From positions 1 to 60,664 of IMG/VR virus record IMGVR_UViG_3300021091_000080: a stretch of DNA of 60,664 bases; one strand, 5' to 3'. Both the position numbers and the translations under genes were made by a program. The DNA comes from a virus. Taxonomy: Duplodnaviria > Caudoviricetes. The notes below the pieces were generated by a model, which worked only from the letters and a program-made list of their open reading frames with translations, did not search any database and was not told the DNA's origin. Positions 8,849 through 20,800 of this stretch are shown one piece after another (position 1 is the stretch's first letter; the number at the start of each line of letters is the position of its first letter).

Positions 8849-9679
8849 TTATCCGATCATGTCGATTGGTGGAAGAGTATATTTTGTAGGCATATCATTT
8901 TCTAACTGCTCCAATTCTGCTAGAGCATCTTCATAAATCTGTCTACCATTTAAAGTAATACCGCCAGGCAATTGAACATTATTAAACTTCGTTAAATTCA
9001 TACCCCACTGTTTTTTCATTAGTGATGTTGCATAACGCTTTAAGAAACCATCGTTGTATACTTGAGACCAAGATCCAGGATCAAGAGCACGATGGCATTC
9101 AATAAGTAAATAATGTCCTTCTACCATTCTTGATTTATCTACGTCAATATATAAACGATCTTGACGCTTGTTAAATCTAAATTGTACTAAAGCACCAGTA
9201 TTAACAACCATATCTAAGGTTTCAAAATATTGGCGGATCATATAATAATTACTCATATCAAAATTACCAAAAGTAAATCCAGAAGAAAAACCAAAAATAT
9301 CCATTAAGAAATATTGGTTGCTTAATCCAAATAAATCGTTTCTTACCCAGTTAGAAGAAACACCAAATACTTTTGTAATACCAATGACATGATCAGGAAC
9401 TTCAATAAAGTTATTTCTATTTGTCCAAACAGCAGCATCTGGTGCTGCTGTATTTGTAGTTTCATCAGATGAATTAAATCTTGTTACATCATCTGCTGTA
9501 ATCTCATGTTTTAGATACATGGTTTCTACACCATCGTAATGCCATTCCTGATAAAATTGAATAGCAGTATCAATGATGTCATCTATCTGACTATCATCTA
9601 TATTAATCTGTAATACTGGAGCACCTAATTGACGTTTACAAAAGTCAATTAACCCCTGTCTAGTTGATGGCTGCGCCAT
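8849..9679 (-). CDS. gp13: Neck protein
   Basis: RQLGAPVLQINID and KQWGMNLTKF...LPGGITLNG motifs. Confidence 0.95.
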   Translation of the reverse strand: MAQPSTRQGLIDFCKRQLGAPVLQINIDDSQIDDIIDTAIQFYQEWHYDGVETMYLKHEITADDVTRFNSSDETTNTAAPDAAVWTNRNNFIEVPDHVIGITKVFGVSSNWVRNDLFGLSNQYFLMDIFGFSSGFTFGNFDMSNYYMIRQYFETLDMVVNTGALVQFRFNKRQDRLYIDVDKSRMVEGHYLLIECHRALDPGSWSQVYNDGFLKRYATSLMKKQWGMNLTKFNNVQLPGGITLNGRQIYEDALAELEQLENDMPTKYTLPPIDMIG

Positions 9680-9691
9680 TTAATTAGATAC

Positions 9692-9727
9692 AAAAAATCC
9701 CTACTTCTATTTATGAAGTAGGGATTT
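9692..9727 (-). terminator. Rho-independent terminator with a late promoter in its loop
   Basis: Perfect 13-bp stem aaatccctacttc/gaagtagggattt with a 7-nt loop (ATAAATA on the minus strand), followed by a T-run. Confidence 0.8.
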
Positions 9728-9730
9728 AAG

Positions 9731-9916
9731 TCATTCAGTAGGCAGTTCTTCTGCTTCTTCTGATTGACCTTCTAGTAGTTCTAGAGTTTCTAATCCACCA
9801 AGCAATTTAGTTTTATACTCTTCTGCTTTTTTAAGATTTTCTCTTAGATCATTGATCTGCTTTTCAGCAGTTGCAAGTTGATCATTAAAATTTTTTCTAA
9901 GAGTTTCAATGTCCAT
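9731..9916 (-). CDS. Small coiled-coil protein
   Basis: Heptad-rich 61 aa; late promoter ACTAAATA at 9944-9951. Confidence 0.8.
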   Translation of the reverse strand: MDIETLRKNFNDQLATAEKQINDLRENLKKAEEYKTKLLGGLETLELLEGQSEEAEELPTE

Positions 9917-9946
9917 GATTATCGATATTAATGAAGTATACTTTAT

Positions 9947-10483
9947 TTAGTCTATATCTCCACATGAGTTAAATGATATTATAGTTTTTCTAGTGTCGCA
10001 CGTAATCTCTGGAGATCGGTGCATAACAAAACTAGGAAAAGAAATAATATCACCTTCCTTGACTTTTACTTGAGATATTTTATTTTTTAGAGGATCTTTT
10101 ACTTCTAAGAATGGAGCATCCTCTGGCATTTCAAGATAATAAACATTTGTCCATTGACAATCCATATGGATGTGCCACATATGTCCACTGCCTTTAGTAT
10201 ACTGCTGAAACCAGCAGTTGTGAATGTTTATTCTTTTATATCCATAATAAGAATAAACTTCTTCCATGTGGTATCCCAATGAAGGAAAAAGAATATTCAT
10301 ATATTCACTGCGGGAATGCTTTGCTTCATTCCAGTCAGATCTAGTAATATATGAATTAGAATAGTTTACAGATGAAAAATTTTGAGAATTAATTGATGAT
10401 AATAATTTATCCTTAATTAATTCATGCTCTTTAAATTTAGATACTAGTATGGGACATGATATATAATCTAATTGAACAATCAT
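9947..10483 (-). CDS. 2OG-Fe(II) oxygenase superfamily protein
   Basis: W-F-Q-Q-Y, H-x-H (WHIH), VYYL, EGDIISFPSFVMH and RKTIISFN. Confidence 0.85.
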   Translation of the reverse strand: MIVQLDYISCPILVSKFKEHELIKDKLLSSINSQNFSSVNYSNSYITRSDWNEAKHSRSEYMNILFPSLGYHMEEVYSYYGYKRINIHNCWFQQYTKGSGHMWHIHMDCQWTNVYYLEMPEDAPFLEVKDPLKNKISQVKVKEGDIISFPSFVMHRSPEITCDTRKTIISFNSCGDID

Positions 10484-11148
10484 ACTTTATAATAATTTTC
10501 AGCATCAGGATCTGGATTTACCAGTAAGACATCTGCAGGAACATCTTCAATAGCACCGATTAGATTGTGAGCATCATTTCCTCTAGAGATAGAAAGATAT
10601 AATCCTGGTTCTGGAATATTGTCTTTATGCTCAACAATAAAATTTTTAATTTCTTCAAGTGTGCTACCATTCTTTTTCATTTGAGCATGTACACTCATTA
10701 CAAAAGTACTATCAATTGGTTTTGTACAAATGGGTCTCAAAGCATTAAAAATTTCAATACATTCAGTTTCTTTTTGAGATAAAACATAATCTGGAGCTTT
10801 ATCTAAGACAGTTTCTGCTGATGGTTCTGTAGAAAGTTGAAATGAGAATGCTGCTTGCTCTGGTTGTGATGCAATCTTATCAAATTCTTCGTCTAAGAAT
10901 TTTTTAAGAGAAATATCGAAAACATGACCCTCAATGATTTTATGAATATCTTCTTCCGAAAGATTTTCAAATTCTATAAATCCACGGATTTCAGGAGAAA
11001 TATCCATTACAATTTCTCTAGTTGCAGATACTTCAGCATCATTTTTTTGCGCTGTATAAGTATAAACAATTTTTGAAACTACATTTGTATGATACTCTGT
11101 ATTAGTTACGAATGGAATAATATTCGTAATTTTGTAATTAGTAGACAT
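10480..11148 (-). CDS. Hypothetical protein, tail-fibre-associated type
   Basis: N-terminal domain NVVSKIVYTY...FIEFENLSEEDI resembles small proteins found next to fibre genes; overlaps its neighbours. Confidence 0.7.
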   Translation of the reverse strand: MSTNYKITNIIPFVTNTEYHTNVVSKIVYTYTAQKNDAEVSATREIVMDISPEIRGFIEFENLSEEDIHKIIEGHVFDISLKKFLDEEFDKIASQPEQAAFSFQLSTEPSAETVLDKAPDYVLSQKETECIEIFNALRPICTKPIDSTFVMSVHAQMKKNGSTLEEIKNFIVEHKDNIPEPGLYLSISRGNDAHNLIGAIEDVPADVLLVNPDPDAENYYKV

Positions 11149-12499
11149 ATTTCTTCCTAAAGGTTGGCGAATTTTCTAGTGGTCCTTTAATTAAAGGATT
11201 GTCTAATGTATTGAACATTTGTACTCCTAAATTATTTAGGATCATGTCAGTTGCTTCTACGTATATATATTCATTTTCTTCGATGTAATCCCAGAACATT
11301 TTTTCTAAGGTTTCTTCTAATTCTAATCCACGAACACATAGAAGAAAATTATGAGTAGCATAATTACCATACTCATTATCAATAGGAAAAAATGTATCTC
11401 CTTTATGCATATTAATTACATACTTAATGAACTGTAAATCATTTTTTAAGAAATTATATGCTTTTTCTTTAGCATGTTGCCAGAATGGAGTATCATATAC
11501 CGATCCATTTAAGTAATGCAAAGCAATAACCTTTCTTGTATGATTAATTCTTGTAGTAACTTCTTTTGAATACATTTCAATTTTATAATCCAATGGAGAA
11601 GGATTATTTGGATTTAAAATTTCAATATACATTTGTTGAGCAAAATTAACCAATTGAAGAGTATTTGCTTCCATTGGTTCAATAAAAAATAATGCATTAC
11701 CATTGACGCATACATTTCCTTCTATAGGTTTTTGTTTCATTCCAGATACAAAAGAAAATTCTGTCATATCATATTCCAGCATATTCAGATCATACTTTTC
11801 TTTTATATACTCAATCATATTAGATTTTGCTTCTTCTACGGAAGTAATATCATGGTTAAATAACCATCCAATAGAAGTTTCATTTTTCAAAGGAATTTCA
11901 AAACACCATCCATCTGGAGTTGCAACATGCTTTGTAGTTCCAGCATGAGGATTTTTAAATGGGATATGAACTACAGCAACATGATTTACTGGAACTTCCT
12001 CAAATACAATATAATCATCTTTGTTGCCAGAAAATCCAGTGCAGTCATAAACAAATTCGTACTGATTTTTAATATCATCAATATTTACTGTTTCTTTAAT
12101 TACATTGATTTGTTTATTTTCATCTAGCATTTCCATAGCAAGTTTTTGAAACTTACTATTTTTAAAATGACAAGCAATTCTCTCACCGCTAAATGGAGAA
12201 AATGTTGTTTTGCCAGATTTGCCCCATCCAATAAATTCAACAGCGTGCTTTACAGTAGCATCACATTCTTTGAAACTATTGAATACTGGATTAAATCCTA
12301 AAGTTTTCCACAATAAAGACATAACATCATGAGTTGTTGATTCTCCTACTGCGGTAATACTATCAGGATCTCCAGTATAAAAATCAATTTGTATATCTTG
12401 TATTTCTTCTTCTTTCACAGAAGACTTTAAATTTACAAGAGATAAAGCAGATAAAATGCCAGCAGTTCCGCCGCCAACGACACATAATTTTTTTGTCAT
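11138..12499 (-). CDS. Flavin-dependent tryptophan halogenase-like protein (PrnA family, divergent)
   Basis: GGGTAG FAD motif, VGEST, ATVK (catalytic Lys position), DCTGF, GWCFEIPL and FIEPMEA. Confidence 0.85.
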   Translation of the reverse strand: MTKKLCVVGGGTAGILSALSLVNLKSSVKEEEIQDIQIDFYTGDPDSITAVGESTTHDVMSLLWKTLGFNPVFNSFKECDATVKHAVEFIGWGKSGKTTFSPFSGERIACHFKNSKFQKLAMEMLDENKQINVIKETVNIDDIKNQYEFVYDCTGFSGNKDDYIVFEEVPVNHVAVVHIPFKNPHAGTTKHVATPDGWCFEIPLKNETSIGWLFNHDITSVEEAKSNMIEYIKEKYDLNMLEYDMTEFSFVSGMKQKPIEGNVCVNGNALFFIEPMEANTLQLVNFAQQMYIEILNPNNPSPLDYKIEMYSKEVTTRINHTRKVIALHYLNGSVYDTPFWQHAKEKAYNFLKNDLQFIKYVINMHKGDTFFPIDNEYGNYATHNFLLCVRGLELEETLEKMFWDYIEENEYIYVEATDMILNNLGVQMFNTLDNPLIKGPLENSPTFRKKYVY

Positions 12500-13224
12500 G
12501 ATTTTTTATATAAAAAACTAAAAGGACACTTGGAAAGTTTTTCTTCCTGCTCCCTTCTATTTAACATAGTTTTCCAGGATAGATTTTTTCCATAATTTTT
12601 TAACAGTAGATGCTGATTTATTTTTGTAATAACTTCATCAGGAGGAATTTTTTTAGTCATAACTACTGTATCTTTGAAGGAAGGAGTATGAAATCTGGCG
12701 TAATAAATTGGATCTCCTCGTCTCAATTGAACTGATTTAGAAGTATCTAAAATTCTAAATCCCAAAGAAGTGGTTCTCTCCCACACAGAAATAGGAAAGT
12801 TACCAGATATAACTTCCATGTTATTTTTTATACAAGTTCTTGGATATGGAATGCATTCAAAAATAATATTTTTTGATTTGGTCCACATACAAAAAGAATT
12901 TGCTACTTGAATTACAGGTTCTGCACCTGTATACCATCCTTCAGTAGACAATACCATATTTGGATTTTTATCTGTAAACCAAGTTTGATCGTTTTTATCA
13001 ATAGTTATTTCTATATCATATTGCATATGAAATAGAAATGTTTTTTGTGACCAGTTTTTCCATGCAGGACAGTTATAATATTCATAAGATTTATGGTCTT
13101 CAAGTTCAGATACTTTTTGTATAGGTATAAAAACATCATCCATTGCTAATGGATGATGCAACATCTCTTTATCCATCCAATTAAAATTGTATATTGGATA
13201 ATAAAAGATTTCAATCTTACTCAT
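12496..13224 (-). CDS. Hypothetical cyanophage protein (possible dUTPase-like beta fold)
   Basis: YYNCPAW near the N-terminus, LRRGDPIYYARF, C-terminal KCPF; the fold is a guess. Confidence 0.7.
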   Translation of the reverse strand: MSKIEIFYYPIYNFNWMDKEMLHHPLAMDDVFIPIQKVSELEDHKSYEYYNCPAWKNWSQKTFLFHMQYDIEITIDKNDQTWFTDKNPNMVLSTEGWYTGAEPVIQVANSFCMWTKSKNIIFECIPYPRTCIKNNMEVISGNFPISVWERTTSLGFRILDTSKSVQLRRGDPIYYARFHTPSFKDTVVMTKKIPPDEVITKINQHLLLKNYGKNLSWKTMLNRREQEEKLSKCPFSFLYKKS

Positions 13225-13256
13225 GCATTTTATAATTAAATAATTTTATTATAGCA

Positions 13257-14285
13257 TTATAATCCAATTTGTGCAATCTGAACAGATCCATTGCCACCAC
13301 TATCACCAAATGGACCATTGCCCCATCCACCAGAACCACCAGCAGCAGTAATAGTTCCATTATTTGTATAACTGCCAGCGTATAGAATTAAAATTTGTCC
13401 TCCACCAGATCCGCCCCCACCAGCATTTTCACCACCTGCCCATCCATTACCAGCATCACAACCTCTAGATCCTTGAACAGTTATAGTTCCATTATTGAAA
13501 AAATTTCCTCCTACAACAATTACAATTAATCCTCCTACTCCACTATCAGAACAATTTTGTCCATAAGGACCTCCACCGCCTCCGTTACCATTTCCAGCTC
13601 CTCCACCAGTTCCACATCCTCCACAGTTTCCAGAACTTCCTCCTCCGCCACATCCCCAGGGAGCTCCGTTACCACCAGTACTAGAACGAGCACCACCGCC
13701 GCCAGCGCCACCAGACCATGGTCCACCATAACTTCCAAACCCGCCAGATCCACCACCATTCCAAGCAGTTGCTCCTCTACCACCGCCACCAGTTTGTCCT
13801 GTTCCACCACTAGATTGGTTTCCAGCTCCAATTCTGTTTAAATTAAAAGTTCTCCACCCAGCTCCTTGTCCAGTAAGTCTTTGACTATTTTGATTAATAA
13901 TTGTTTGAAAACTACCACTCGCTTCATTAAAATTTGAACCTTGAGTAGAACTAAATCCTTGCCCAGCTGCAGCTCTGCAAGTCCATAATAAATCACCATT
14001 TGCACTAGCACAAGGACCTCTACTTTTCATAGTAATAGTTCCAGAGTTTGAAAAATTACCCTGGCACAATATAAAAAGACCCCTGCAAAAATTATTAGTA
14101 GTCAGTGATCCTCCAGGTTTAGAAAAACTGGTAAATTGTCTATGCACCAGTTCACCATTATATCCAGAGGCACCAGAAACTCCAAAACTATCATTACCTC
14201 CAGAGTTGTAACTTCCACTAGATCCATCTCCAAAAAAATTTCCTCCTCCAGCTGGAGGAGTAGCAATAATTTCTGCGTTTAACAT
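13257..14285 (-). CDS. Glycine-rich virion / fibre-tip protein
   Basis: GGG repeats with Trp/Cys, flanked by NNGTIT beta motifs and GGSGGGQILILY. Confidence 0.8.
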   Translation of the reverse strand: MLNAEIIATPPAGGGNFFGDGSSGSYNSGGNDSFGVSGASGYNGELVHRQFTSFSKPGGSLTTNNFCRGLFILCQGNFSNSGTITMKSRGPCASANGDLLWTCRAAAGQGFSSTQGSNFNEASGSFQTIINQNSQRLTGQGAGWRTFNLNRIGAGNQSSGGTGQTGGGGRGATAWNGGGSGGFGSYGGPWSGGAGGGGARSSTGGNGAPWGCGGGGSSGNCGGCGTGGGAGNGNGGGGGPYGQNCSDSGVGGLIVIVVGGNFFNNGTITVQGSRGCDAGNGWAGGENAGGGGSGGGQILILYAGSYTNNGTITAAGGSGGWGNGPFGDSGGNGSVQIAQIGL

Positions 14286-14291
14286 ATTTTA

Positions 14292-14831
14292 TTAACCCAT
14301 ATTTAGTGTAGGAATAATTACAATTCTGCGATTTCCATTTCTAGGATCTGTTTGAACATAATATGCTAATATATTCAAAGTACTTCCCGAAAATGACGGA
14401 GCAGTTCCGTCTTTAAAAACAAATGTAGATCCAGCAAAATTCATATTAGAACTTCCATTTAATGCTACCATAATAATTCCCGATTTCCCATCAACCATAT
14501 TTGATGGAGTTCCCAGCGTCCAAGTTGTGCTTCCAGGAACATTAACAAAGAAATTATTACTAGCATCTAAATTCCAAGTAATAGTATTGCCACTCATAGA
14601 GTTATTCATATTGATAGGTTCTGAATATGCAGCTACAACTCTTGTTCTCGCCTCTAAAGTACAAAGATTAGTGGAATTATTGAAATCAATCATATTAGTG
14701 CCACCAGTAGTTTGAATTCCAGTGACTCTAAAATCATTAGCAGCAGATCTCAATATAGCAAGAGATGCTACATCCATAATATAAGAATTACTTGCTGGAC
14801 CAGAAATGCTTGCAACAGTTAAAGTACTCAT
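14292..14831 (-). CDS. Tail fibre adaptor-like structural protein
   Basis: MSTLTVASI N-terminus, TITWNL...GTAPSFS C-terminal domain; late promoter AATAAATA at 14853-14860. Confidence 0.75.
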   Translation of the reverse strand: MSTLTVASISGPASNSYIMDVASLAILRSAANDFRVTGIQTTGGTNMIDFNNSTNLCTLEARTRVVAAYSEPINMNNSMSGNTITWNLDASNNFFVNVPGSTTWTLGTPSNMVDGKSGIIMVALNGSSNMNFAGSTFVFKDGTAPSFSGSTLNILAYYVQTDPRNGNRRIVIIPTLNMG

Positions 14832-14862
14832 TTTTAACCCTTTTTTATTTACTATTTATTAA

Positions 14863-17800
14863 TTAAACAATTGTCCACGCACCACCAGTTTCAACGGTGA
14901 CTGAAAATCCAGATTGAATTATTAATGGTCCAGTACTTTGAGCATTTGTACCAGAAGGAATAATTACATTTTGAGAAATTAGATTTCTAGTTACTCTAAT
15001 TACTCCGTATGCATCTAACCAAAGAGGATCTCCATTTACTCTTTGAACGCCAGTGAGATTGATTTCTCCACCAACATCAAGAGTATATTGTGGATTTACT
15101 TTGTTTACACCAACTTTAGACATTCTGTAAATATCTAAAGTATTAGTTGCTTTTGTCCAATTTGAACTAGTTAATGTAGCACCATTTGCTGTAATTGTGC
15201 CACTAAAGTTTACATTACCATTTACATCCAAACTGTACTGTGGATTAGCAACACCAATACCAACTCTAACTTCAGTAACTGCTCCAGCAGGTGCTTTGAC
15301 TGTTAATCCTGGAACGGTAAATGTCGATCCTCCATTTGTTGTAGAAGGATTAATTTCAAAGACATTAGCGTTAGTTAATTCATGACCAATTCTAAAGTTT
15401 TTAGACGTACTAGCACCTAAAAATGTAACAAATGTTCCACTATTATCATTAGCGGTATCTAATTCTAAACCTCCTTCAAATCTACCTTTACCTGCCGCAT
15501 CAAATATAAATCCAGAAGCAGCAGATTTTCCAATTCCAACCAATCCAGTTTGATCAACTACAATTCTTGAAATAGAATTTGTACCAAGAGCAAGACCAAA
15601 TGTTGATCCAGGTGGGTTGAATTCAATATAAGCTTGATCAGTTACATCAATTCTTTGTTGAATTCTTGTGGATGAAGTAGTCCAATCCGCACCATTAGTA
15701 TGTCTTCTTTGCCATACTAATAATCTACTATAATTAGATGAAGTGTTTTCAAAAGAAGCAATATAGGTAGCATTACCAGCAGTAGTTCCAAGTGCTCCAG
15801 AGAAAACTTGAAGTTTGCTGTTAGTAGTTGCTGCCGTAGATGGATTTAAACCAACGCCAACTAAATCACTTGTGGAATTGACTATTAAGGTATTTGTGTC
15901 AACAGTTAAACTGCCAGTTAATGTAGCATTTCCAGTAACACCTAAAGTTCCTCCAACAATTAAATTAGAAGATGCTCCAGTTAAAGTAAGTGAACCAGTC
16001 ATGGTATCACCTGCTTTTAGAACGTTTGCTGAAGCAGCACCAGTTAGATTTGCTGTAATTGTGCCAGCAGTAAAATTGCCGTTTGTATCTCTTCTAACTC
16101 CAGTGTTTGGAGTATTCCCATTATCAAAAGTAATATTGCCAGAGTTCCAAATAGTTAAGTTATTTACAAGTAGAGAGTTTGGATCTGCAACTTTAAATTC
16201 TAAAATACCACTTCCATCAGCAGCATTTCCTCCACGAGCAATGATTGCACTGTTATAATTTGAAGCAGCTAATGCACTTGTTCTAAAGTAAATCGCTGGT
16301 TCAGTGGAAACACCATTGTTTCTACCCATTGTTAATCTGGCAGTTCCTCCAGATACACTTGCAAGTTTTGCAACTTCAAATGTTCCAACAACATCTAACC
16401 AATAATCATCAAAAGGAACACTAGTAGCAGTAGTACCAACTCTAGTAGCACCACTAAATCCTCCATTAGTTAAGACCACATTTAAAATAGTGTAGTCTTC
16501 TGTTGGATCAGTAACATTATTAACAGTAACACTATTAATTGTTAAATTACCAACATTTTGATCTAGATCATTATAAAGATTAACAGCAGATGTTGCAGTA
16601 AATGGATCAGTAACAAGTGCTTGACCAGAAATATAAATGTTAAAAACTGGTTGACTAGTAATCTCTCTAATTGTAATAGAATCTTCAAACTGTTTTGCTT
16701 CTTGGAAAGTGGGTAGGTGTCTATCAATAATTGTACCATAATTTAAATTTAATCCATTTCTATACCAAGTTCCTTGTCTTCCATCAAGACGATCTGCGTC
16801 CAAACCACTACCAGGACCATGATTTCCAGAAGACCATATTTTTGCCCAACTTCCAAAATTAGATACTCCAGATCCTGTACCTCTAAGATACATTGAATTA
16901 TCATCAGCAAATGCTAATTGTCTAACACCACCATAAGTAGCATCAGTTCCAACACCACCATTTCTAATAGAAAGAACCAAATGCTTGCTTCCAGCGACAT
17001 TCAAACCATCTGCTGTATTATCTCTAGTTGCTGCAGTAACGCCCTCTTTAATATCACTAGGAACAGGACTTGTAGTACTATTGGTTGTTAATGTTGTAAG
17101 TCTATCAGCACCACCTTCTGCATTACCAGTAATAGAAATTCTATAAGTTCCAGACAATCTATCTACTGGTAAAATTCCAGCATTTTGGTTTGCGGAATTT
17201 AAGTAATAAGATCCTTCCTCATTATCTAATTTATCCGCATTTAAATTTGATCCAGGACCAGTCTTTAATCTTACCGATCCATCGCCATCAAGACCAAGAA
17301 AGAATTGTGACTTATCAAATCTTCCAACACCTGCTCTTCCATAAGGATCAGCATTGATTGTTTGTGCATCAACTCTTCTAATGTCCATAGCGACATTAGC
17401 ATAATTCTTACTTACTGTATTAATTTTGAATAAAATATTAATACCAGAACCACCAGAAGGAAGTCCAGCAGGTATTGCATTGACACCAAAATCTGAAGTA
17501 TATCCAGAACCGCTACTAGTAATTACAACATTTGAAATAGATCCACTTGTAATTGTAAAATTAGCTTTTAGACCAGTTCCAGTTCCTCCATTTACTTGTA
17601 CATTATAATAAATTCCGTTTGATGAGAAACCTGATCCTCCATTTTGAACGATTGCGCTTTCTACAAAACTTCCCTGAGTGAATGAAGTATCAAATAGAAG
17701 TGGTGATGTTGGTCGTGTAAATTCAATTACTGTACCAGATGGTATAGATGCAGTTAATGGATTATTTAAAGTTATAGTGGTATTACCACCAGTAGTCTCA

Positions 17801-20800
17801 ATACTTTGAATAGTAGTATTTGCAGGAATACCACCAACATTAGCAACAACAGTATGCCCAACTAAAGGTTGACCAGTCGATGCAAATCTTAATGTATTGC
17901 TACTAGAAGATGCAGCAGTATTAGTTATCTCAAAATATCTTGTTTCTGTTCCCTTAACTGATTGTACTACAGGAGCAAATGATTGATCTCCTCTTAAAAA
18001 AGTAAATGAGTTAGCCGCAGTGCTGTCAGAAGAAAGTCTTGCAGGAGAAATAATACCTTCTGTAATATTATCTGCAGAAATAGTCTGAGAAGATAATGAT
18101 ACCCAGTTATTAACATTAGATGCTGAAGTATTAACTACTCTTGTAATATCAACCGCAACACTTGGAGAATCATTTGATTGAATTGTATCTGTATCTTCTA
18201 TCTTGAGGTTGTTGACAACTTTTCCGTATACTCTATTTTCAACTAAAGCACCTGCGGTAGCCTGTGTACCACCAGCCCCTGGAGCTGCAATTGTTACTGT
18301 AGGAACAGCAGTATATCCTTTTCCTCCAACATACCCATTAAATAATGTAAGTTTAACTGTTACAACTTGACCATTTGCAATCGTTGTTGTAGCAAAAGCA
18401 GCGACTGATCCAGCGCCAGGACTTCCTCCACTAATTACAACTGCTGGCGCAGAAGTGTATCCACTACCTGGATTTGTAATATTGATAGTATATACAACAC
18501 CTCTTCTGTGTTCAAGAACTTGCAACTGACCAGTAGTTCCACTGCCAGTTAAAATAGAGTTAGTATTGAAATCTAAAGGATTACCATTAATATCAGTTAG
18601 AGTAATTGGATATGCAAAATATAAACTATCAAGATCATTGTTCAAAATATATGACGTTGATGTATCTTGTTGGATAGCAATATCTCCAGCAAGAGCACCT
18701 TCAATTGCTAATCTTTCTGTTACATTTGCAACGGTATAAACACTAAATGGTCTTAGAGCAGGGATTTGGTCAATAGAAATTTTACCACTATCTGTAAGTT
18801 CTACGAGTGCTCTAGGAACAGCATTTGTTGAGAATGGTTTGTTAATATACTGTCCTAAATTATTTGTAATATAATCTCTAACTGCTTTTTGAGTAGGAAG
18901 TTTTTCATCCGATGAAAAAGCACCACCTAGCGTTGGAGATGAATCAAATCCAGTAACAACAACAGTACCACCTTTCAGTTTTAAGAATTCAACTTCAGAA
19001 ATGCTAACTGTTCCAGTAAATGTGATGGCACCAGTTCTGTTTTCAATCTTTGCAAATGTACCAACTTTAAAGTCCCCAAGTTCATCAGTACCTGAGGTAT
19101 ATACACGACCATATTGTTGTGATACCTGTTCGTATGCTTCAATCTTGACACCACCGTTTTCTGGTAGAGCATTATAGTTTGTACCAGAACCAGCATATTC
19201 CCAAGTATGTCCTGAAGAGTTAACAATCGAAGGTCTGTGCAATTGAATTGCTTTACCGCCTAGTTCTGCGGTCGAAGGAGCAACTACAACATTATCGCTT
19301 TTCCTCTTCAAACTCATTGCTTCATTTACTGTAAATGTAGCAGTATATGGAGCACTAACAGAAATACTGTTTTTATCAATGGATTCAATAAAATATTCAA
19401 TTGCAGGATTATTATTTGTATAATCAGTAAACTTAACAATATAATGCTCTAGAGGTGGTCTTCCAAGACCAGATACCGTAAGAATAGTTCTTCCAGTTCC
19501 TACAGTGGCAGAAACATTAGAAACAGTTCCAATATCAAATTGATATGGATCTCTGCTAAATCCTATTGCTCTTAGAGCATAGATGCCAAAGTTTGTTGCA
19601 GAGTTAGTAATTGAAGCATATCCTCCACTCTCTGATAGTACACCATCAGTACAGAAAATAACGAATACAGAAACTAATTGACAATATCCATCGTTGATTA
19701 CTCTATATCCAGTACCACCAAATGATACAATCGTGAATGCAGAAGCAACCATTGATTTACCCTGATTTGGGAAAGCTGCTCTAGGAGTTCCTCCTGGATT
19801 ATTTGGATCATCTTCTAATCCTGGTCTTGGAGAGTTTGGTTGTTGTACCTTATCACCATCAATTTCACAACCACTTCCTCCAGCAAAAGAAATTATTGAA
19901 GAATTTTGAATATATGGAGATGCTTCAATTACAGGCAAATCATCATAGAATCCCAGAGGTGTAATAAATTTGCCGCTACCATCGCCAACAACATTGTCAG
20001 GATACGTTGGTTGTAAAGTATATGATGTACCATATGTCTTTGTTGTAGCTCCAGGTGCTATAGTTCCATCTAAGATATCTTCTAATAAAGCAAATGAATT
20101 TGTAATTGTGGAAGCAACGTTAGCACAAAGAGTTCCTCCTGATAGTAAAATATTCCAATTTTCATATTTTGTAACTGGAGATGTAAATGTAGTAACAGGA
20201 TCGTAGACAATGATAGTTCCATTTGCTAATGCACTTACAAACGTATGAGTTACTCCTGTAGCAGTACCAGCATCCCCAACATTAACAGTAACAGTAGTAT
20301 TCCCACCAGCAATGCTTACATTTGTAATAGTTAAACTATTTCCATAATTGCGATCTGTTACTGTTGGACTTGCTAAGTTTCCTCCACCATTAGATGGGCA
20401 ACTAAATGTAATAGCGCCCTCTTTAAATGCAATCCTGTGTGATGTTGTTACTGGAGTAGTTGGATTTGCAAAAGTTACGTTAAGAACACCAGTAGTAGAA
20501 TTATAAGTAGCACCTATTGGAGTTGTTGTTGCTACTGTTCCATTACTCCAATTTCGGGTTGATTGAATTGCAAGATCCCTAGCTTTATTAAATGCTGTTA
20601 TTGTAGGAACTAATTCTGCCGAAGGAATTCCAGTTAGTAAACTACCAGTAAAATATAGTTCTGCTGCTGTTACAATACCAGCATTTCCACCCAATACTAA
20701 ATCTCTTCTGAGAGAACGTAAAATATATTTAATATCTCTCTTACACTTGCTTTCATCAAGATAACTTAAACTTAAAGTTGGGAATGAAGTTTTAGCAAAT

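Noticed and set aside
13535-13841. Alternative-frame Val/Glu-rich and Ser/Thr-rich ORFs
   Set aside because: By-products of GGN codon runs in the Gly-rich gene.
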